Positions 58,907-64,000 of a stretch of DNA of 64,000 bases are shown in pieces. How positions within the stretch are numbered: the stretch's first letter is position 1; each line of letters opens with the position of its first letter. Origin of the DNA: Azolla caroliniana (Eukaryota; Plantae; Polypodiophyta); assembly GCA_043228905.1 (NCBI GenBank), contig JBHGNT010000017.1, positions 16,740,001 through 16,804,000 of the forward strand, in the 5' to 3' direction. Made by a program: the position numbers and the translations under genes. The notes under the pieces were generated by a model that saw only the letters and a program-made list of their open reading frames with translations, had not been told where the DNA came from and did not search any database.

Positions 58907-59206
58907 TGATAAGAAAGATATTTATTATATGAAGAGAATATACAACGGCGGCTAAAAGGCTTAAGACTGGCGTTGAACCAATTTGGTTCAACATAATGCC
59001 TAGTGCCCTCTTTTATAGTGTTTTCAGGAGTAATCCTGAAGCTTCTAGAATGTTCCAGAGAAATCTGGAATATACACTAATTTCCTATAATAAAATGTAC
59101 ATGAAAATAATATCCTACGTATTACAATAGATGGTCTAATGGTCAAGAGCTCGACCCATATAACCTAAGGTCATGGGTTCGAGTCTTGCCATATCATGAC
59201 AACACC

Positions 59207-60179
59207 CGACCTACCCGTCTATGGTTCACTTCAAGTGGATGGTGGACTTGGTGACGATGCCGATGCGGGTAGGACAGATGCGGTACCTGGTGCTTGCACA
59301 TGAAGACTTAACGAACCAGGTGGAAGGCCGTGCACTGCAAAGCAAGACAACCGCGGTGGTATGCCGGTTCCTGATCGAAGAAGTAGTGTGTCGGTACGGG
59401 TGCGTCGGGAGGATCGTGGCAGACCGGGGAGAGCTGGATGCACGGGAGGCCGAGGAGCTGTTCGACCTTTTAGGCATCAAACTCTCCCTCACCACGGTGT
59501 ACAATCTGGAGGCGAACGGAAAGGTGGAACATGGGCACGGATCGATTGTAAAGGCGTTGGTGCGTGCATGCGGTGGGCAGGTCGAGAATTGGCCGCGACT
59601 CCTTCCTTACGCGCTATGGGCGGACCGGACTACGCACAGTTCGGTGACAGGGTTTATGCCGGTGGAGCTAATGTATGGACAAAAGCCGATCATGCCGGTG
59701 GAACGGACGGTTTCTTCGTGGGCGACGGTAGATTGGAAGGATGAAATGAGCTGGGAGGAGTTGCTGGCGGCGCGGATTCGGCAACTCGAGCGGAGGCCGG
59801 AGGACGTGATACATGCGAAGGAAAAGCTGCGAGCGGCAAGAGAGCGAAACAAGACCCGGTTCAACCGGACACATCGGTTGCGACCAAAGAAGATCAAGGA
59901 AGGCGACTGGGTCTTGGTATACGACAGCAGCCTCGACAATCAGCACAAGGTGGTGCGAAAGTTTGCTAGGAGATGGTTCGAGCCCTACATGGTGACGAGC
60001 GCGAACGACAACGACATGTACCACCTCGCGGAACTCGACGGGACACGGTTAGTGGTGCCGGTTGCCGGAAAGGGATCAAAGCTTTCAAAAAGCGGTTCGA
60101 AGACGAGCCGGAGCCTGCGAGCGGGAGTGACAACGACGATCAGTTCGGGTCCAGTGGAGAATCGGAGAGCAACGAGTGA
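59207..60179 (+). pseudogene. Element E integrase core, 3' part
   Basis: WMVDLV, IVADRGE, EANGKVEHGH, ALWADRTT, RRWFEPY; continues the frame broken at 43719. Confidence 0.9.
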
Positions 60180-60875
60180 GGCCGGGTTTCTTCGATATCT
60201 ACCCGTCTCTGGCGCATACCGGTGGATGCGCAGTTTGGTGGGGGTGGATGTCGTGAAGAAAACCGGCCATAGGCGGAATCGGAGAGAAAGCGCGTAAACC
60301 GGCCCTTACACGGATGGACGCGTGACTTGATGTTTTGTACACGAACCAATGGATGTAAATACTAAGCCGCATGCATTTATTAGGGGGGGATTGTGCATAT
60401 ACCGGTCAGAGGGATAGGGAATAAAGGGAAGAGGACAAGGGAAAACGGGGATGGCATGCGAGGAGGAAGGGAGGCGTTGCTGTAGAACGGAAGGCGGAGC
60501 TCTCTCTCTCTCTCTTGAACTGGAATCGTGGCTCTCTGCGGTTGTCGGGAGGTTGCTGCCTCTGCTTCGTGGATAGCCCGTGTGCTTCCAGCAGAGTCGC
60601 TCCCTTTCCCCTTTTGTTTCTTTGAGTCGTGTGACTATCGTCGGTGTGCGTGAGTAGGGTCCCCGTGTCGGGTCCGTCGTCGCTTTGTCGGTTGTAACTG
60701 TTGGAGTTTGTAATCTCTGTCATTATAATTAAATGTTACGTTCTATATCTCTCTTTCTCGCTTCTACGTGTCGGTGAATCTCTGTCTCTCTGTCTCTCTG
60801 TCTCTCGCTCCTCGGTCCAAGACCCCCGTGGTCCCGCCCCTTTCTACACGTACGCGCGTAACTACGCGACAACGC

Positions 60876-61732
60876 TCATAGATGTTCAATTGAGGTATCA
60901 CACACGCTTCTGTACAAGGGCCACAGGGTATAATTGTCACTGATCCGGTGTGGCCAACAAGCAATATCCGTGCACTTGATGTAGAAAGCATTCATCCCGA
61001 TGTGGGTGTACTTTTCATGTGAACACTTGAAGGAATGACGGGGTTGACCATGGGGCAATTACCCTTTCAATATATGGACCTCATATGGGTCATATACCAG
61101 GAAGTAGACCAGATGCCTAGTATTTGCCGACACACCCAAATGTTATAAGTTGTTGTAGAGATGACCTTTTTGATGTTGGATGCGCACGACATGTGGCACG
61201 GATGAGCATGCATAAGGAAGCATATCATAAGTCCAAGGCTAGTCCATTAGACCTTGTGAGTTATAGGTTCTTTATGATACCAAAGGAGGCCAACAAATTA
61301 AAAATTGGGAGTGCCATGTCAGCATTTGATTGGTCTTTGATGATGTAAGATGCTTATGCCCTCCGAGATCTTGGGAAGGTGGCTTATGTCCAATCTTACT
61401 TGTCTGGTGAATATGGATCTCGCGCAAGGCAACCGTTCATCTTGGTGCTCCAAGATGAATGGATGTTAGAGATGTGTGAACGATTGTCAATAAACAACTC
61501 TTGGGCAATTGACTCCACATTTAAAACAAACCAAATTTGCTTGCCATTATATGTAGTTGTGGCCCTGAATGCCATGGGAGTTGGTATCCCATTATGGCAC
61601 ATGATATGTAGTTCTGATAAGGGGTCTAACGATTGTCAGGAACAATACTAAGACAGAGAAGGAATTAGTACTAAAAGAAGTATTAGTACTAAGAGAGGTG
61701 AAGAACTCTCGAGAGAAGGAAAGAGTGAGTGA

Positions 61733-61777
<45 letters not shown>

Positions 61778-62360
61778 AGAAAAGATATATATTATGTGAA
61801 GAGAATGTACAGTAATAGCTTAGGAGGCTTAAGACTGGCGTTGAACCGATTTGGTTCGAAATAATGCCTCATGCCTCCTTTTATAGTGTTCTAAGGAATA
61901 CTCTTGAAGTTTCTAGAATGTTCCAGAGAAATCTGGAATATACATCAATTTTCTATAATAAAACATAAATGAAAATAATATTCTACGTATTATAATGTAT
62001 AGTCTGATGGTCAAGAGCTCGACCCATGTAGCATAAGGTCATGGGTTTGAGTCTTGCCATATCATGACAACGATGAACAAGTAGCTTTGGAAACTTGCTT
62101 GATAGTTATATTCGCACGGATGCCCATTGCGAGGGCAAATGCGATAGTCATCGATAAAAGTTGGACATCATATAATGCCATAAGTAATGTGGTTGCAACA
62201 GACCGATTATCTTGGATTGTTACAAATGGGCAAAGGTCGCAAACACATTGTTGACTTTTGTTGTGTCAGTTCCACACAAAAAAAGCATGGTTAGACAACT
62301 TGTTGCCAAAGGTAAGTGCAACTGAGAGAAACCATCTTTATAATCAGATGTTGTTATGTA
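60876..62360 (+). pseudogene. MULE transposase DDE domain (decayed), split by solo LTR G
   Basis: WAIDSTFKTNQICLPLY...GVGIPL (first D), IVIDKS (second D), LCQFHTKKAW (CxxH); several stops. Confidence 0.8.
61634..62069 (-). mobile_element. Solo LTR G (family related to F)
   Basis: TG...CA ends; TSD ACGAT; collinear with the F LTR, including the GA microsatellite, ttgaaccgatttggttc and the tRNA-like cassette. Confidence 0.92.
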
Positions 62361-62719
62361 CACATAACGTTGGTGAGGGTAGGTCACTAATATTTACATT
62401 AGTGAAGGGTATGTTCACTAATGTTAAAAAGGGGACTAATGATTGGATAGAAGGAATGATAGGTGCATGCACTATCATGATTTGGACAACCATGAATGGA
62501 GAGCCTTTTAGAAAGGCACATCTATTCAAGGGGCCTAGGAAAAGGTATAGATATGAGGCTTAGCTACCCTCATAGGGACATTACATCGGAAGGTTGTTGT
62601 CTTAGACACCAGTGGTGCGGGCTAGGCTTTCGTCTCGATGAATATTACGAGGAATGGGCCAAAGTTTAACCTTTTCAATACGAGAAGATTCAATTTCAAC
62701 ACCATTTTCCATAATTAAA

Positions 62720-64000
62720 TGACCTAGGTACACAATAGATTTTTGGAAAAATCACATTTTGAATGTTTTGCATAGAAAGAGTTGTCACACAACTTTTGCA
62801 AAACAAATCGAACATGATCTTGCAATGTACGGCTATATATCAAAATATCATCCAAGAAGACGACAACAACATCACCGAGTTGATCTCGGAAAACTTCATT
62901 CATCGCTTGTTGGAATGTGGCTGGAGCATTAGTAAACCTGAAAGGCATGACTAAAAACTACGAAAAGCGGTTTTAGGAATATAATCCTCGACAATGCGAA
63001 TTTGATGATAACCTATTCATAAGTCAATTTTCACAAAATATCGAGCCCCATGCAAACGATCAATCAAATCATCGGCATGAGGTAACAAATATGCATTTTT
63101 AATTGCCATTTTATTCAAACGGCAATAATTGATACACATCCACCATGAACCTTCCTTCTTCTTTACTAATAGAACTGTCACACCCCAAGGTGATTTACTA
63201 TACCTAATGTGGCCCATACTCAAGTATTCCTTAAGTTGTTTGGCAATCTCATTCTCTTCTAATCGACTAAGTTGGTAAGGTGGAATGCTCATAGGAGCAG
63301 CACCGGGGATGAGTTCAATTTGGTGGTCCACACTACGTTTTGGTGGTAAAGTAAGCGACAATTCGTTAGGAAACACGTCTTGAAAATCATCTAAAATAGA
63401 GTCGAGTAATCTTTAAGTGAGTATTCTAGTTCATTAATTTATTCGTGTTAATTGATGAACTAGAATATTGACTCACTTATCCCTGGTATGTGGTAATGGT
63501 GTGGCGTCAATATTAAAATAATAAAATTGAAGCGCAGGATCAATTAACACGAATAAATTAATGAACTAGAATACTCACTTAAAGATTTAGAAGACACAAG
63601 TGAATGAGAAGGAAGTTTGGAACATTGAATAAAATGTTTACAATTATTAAGTTCAAATGTGATTGAGTGATTAACCCAATCAATGGACAAAGAAGGGTTT
63701 TTATTAAAAAACCAAGGGTATCCTAAAATGACATCAACGGATTGTAGTTTCATAAAATGAAAGTCTAGCTTCTCCAAATAGGCATCTATTTGAATTGGGA
63801 GTTGACAAACAATGCCACTGATGTATGGAACGCTTCCATTTGCCATGTGAACTTGATAGATATGATCATTTGCGTTTATGTGGAGTTCCATTTGTTGCAC
63901 AAATTGATCATTAAGAAAATTGTGAGAACTACTGGAATCAAACAAGAAATGTGCATGTGTTCCATTGATATACTCGACTGCTCGAGAGTAAATCATTAGG
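62720..64000 (-). mobile_element. Decayed Ty3/gypsy (chromovirus-type) fragment J: protease + RT
   Basis: FLFDSSSSHNF and DVILGYPW; [36 protein letters not shown] and [10 protein letters not shown]; extends beyond the window. Confidence 0.85.

Larger units (their letters stand above)
43720..59201 (-). mobile_element. Tcn1-like chromovirus F nested in E; its 3' LTR is split by D
   Basis: 5' LTR at 58753-59201; 3' LTR at 43720-43956 + 53755-53952; TSD ACACC; PPT AAAGGGGGGATAG (minus); no tRNA PBS but a 12-nt LTR-complementary site; C-terminal chromodomain. Confidence 0.94.
38412..60871 (+). mobile_element. Ty3/gypsy element E (fungal/Ylt1-like clade, tRNA-Trp PBS), interrupted by F and D
   Basis: LTRs at 38412-39032 and 60249-60871; flanks ATGC/ACGC (4-bp TSD, one CpG transition); 18-nt PBS TGGTGAACCCGACGTGAA at 39037-39054; PPT GGTGGGGGTGGA. 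Confidence 0.92.

Noticed and set aside
62363-62585. Possible LTR of element J (minus, TGTAATGTCCC...CGTTATG)
   Set aside because: No PPT, no partner LTR or TSD in the window; cannot be supported.

Overview
Eukaryotic, land-plant nuclear DNA. It is probably a fern or other non-seed plant, inferred from the Tcn1-like and fungal-type Ty3 families. Host genes, both on the minus strand: (i) a complete 16-exon P5CDH/ALDH12A1 gene (31562->4141, 556 aa), whose 17.6-kb intron 9 holds a three-level LTR-retrotransposon nest (Copia A > Copia B > Ty3 C); (ii) the first coding exon of a probable INO80-subunit-B/PAPA-1-like gene (1028->90), which the ORF track missed. Upstream of P5CDH lies a decayed Mutator-like (MULE) region. 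It carries an intron-containing fragment resembling an SDN small-RNA exonuclease gene, a C2H2-type accessory ORF and GGTCGCCCAACC motif arrays. It is interrupted by a non-coding LTR element (I), a nest (tRNA-Trp-primed Ty3 E > self-priming chromovirus F > Ty3 D), a solo LTR (G) and a Ty3 fragment (J). All full LTR pairs and the solo LTR were delimited by TSDs. Most unusual observation: two Ty3 elements with unrelated LTRs (C and D) have no polypurine tract next to the 3' LTR. They carry there a sense copy of a tRNA-Arg 3' end (GTCCCACnnGCGTGCCA+TG) preceded by a covarying mini-hairpin, suggesting tRNA-type priming of both cDNA strands. Other highlights: a tRNA-like A/B-box cassette built into the LTR of family F/G, covarying Tf1-like self-priming signals in F and I, and two predicted -1 frameshift signals.
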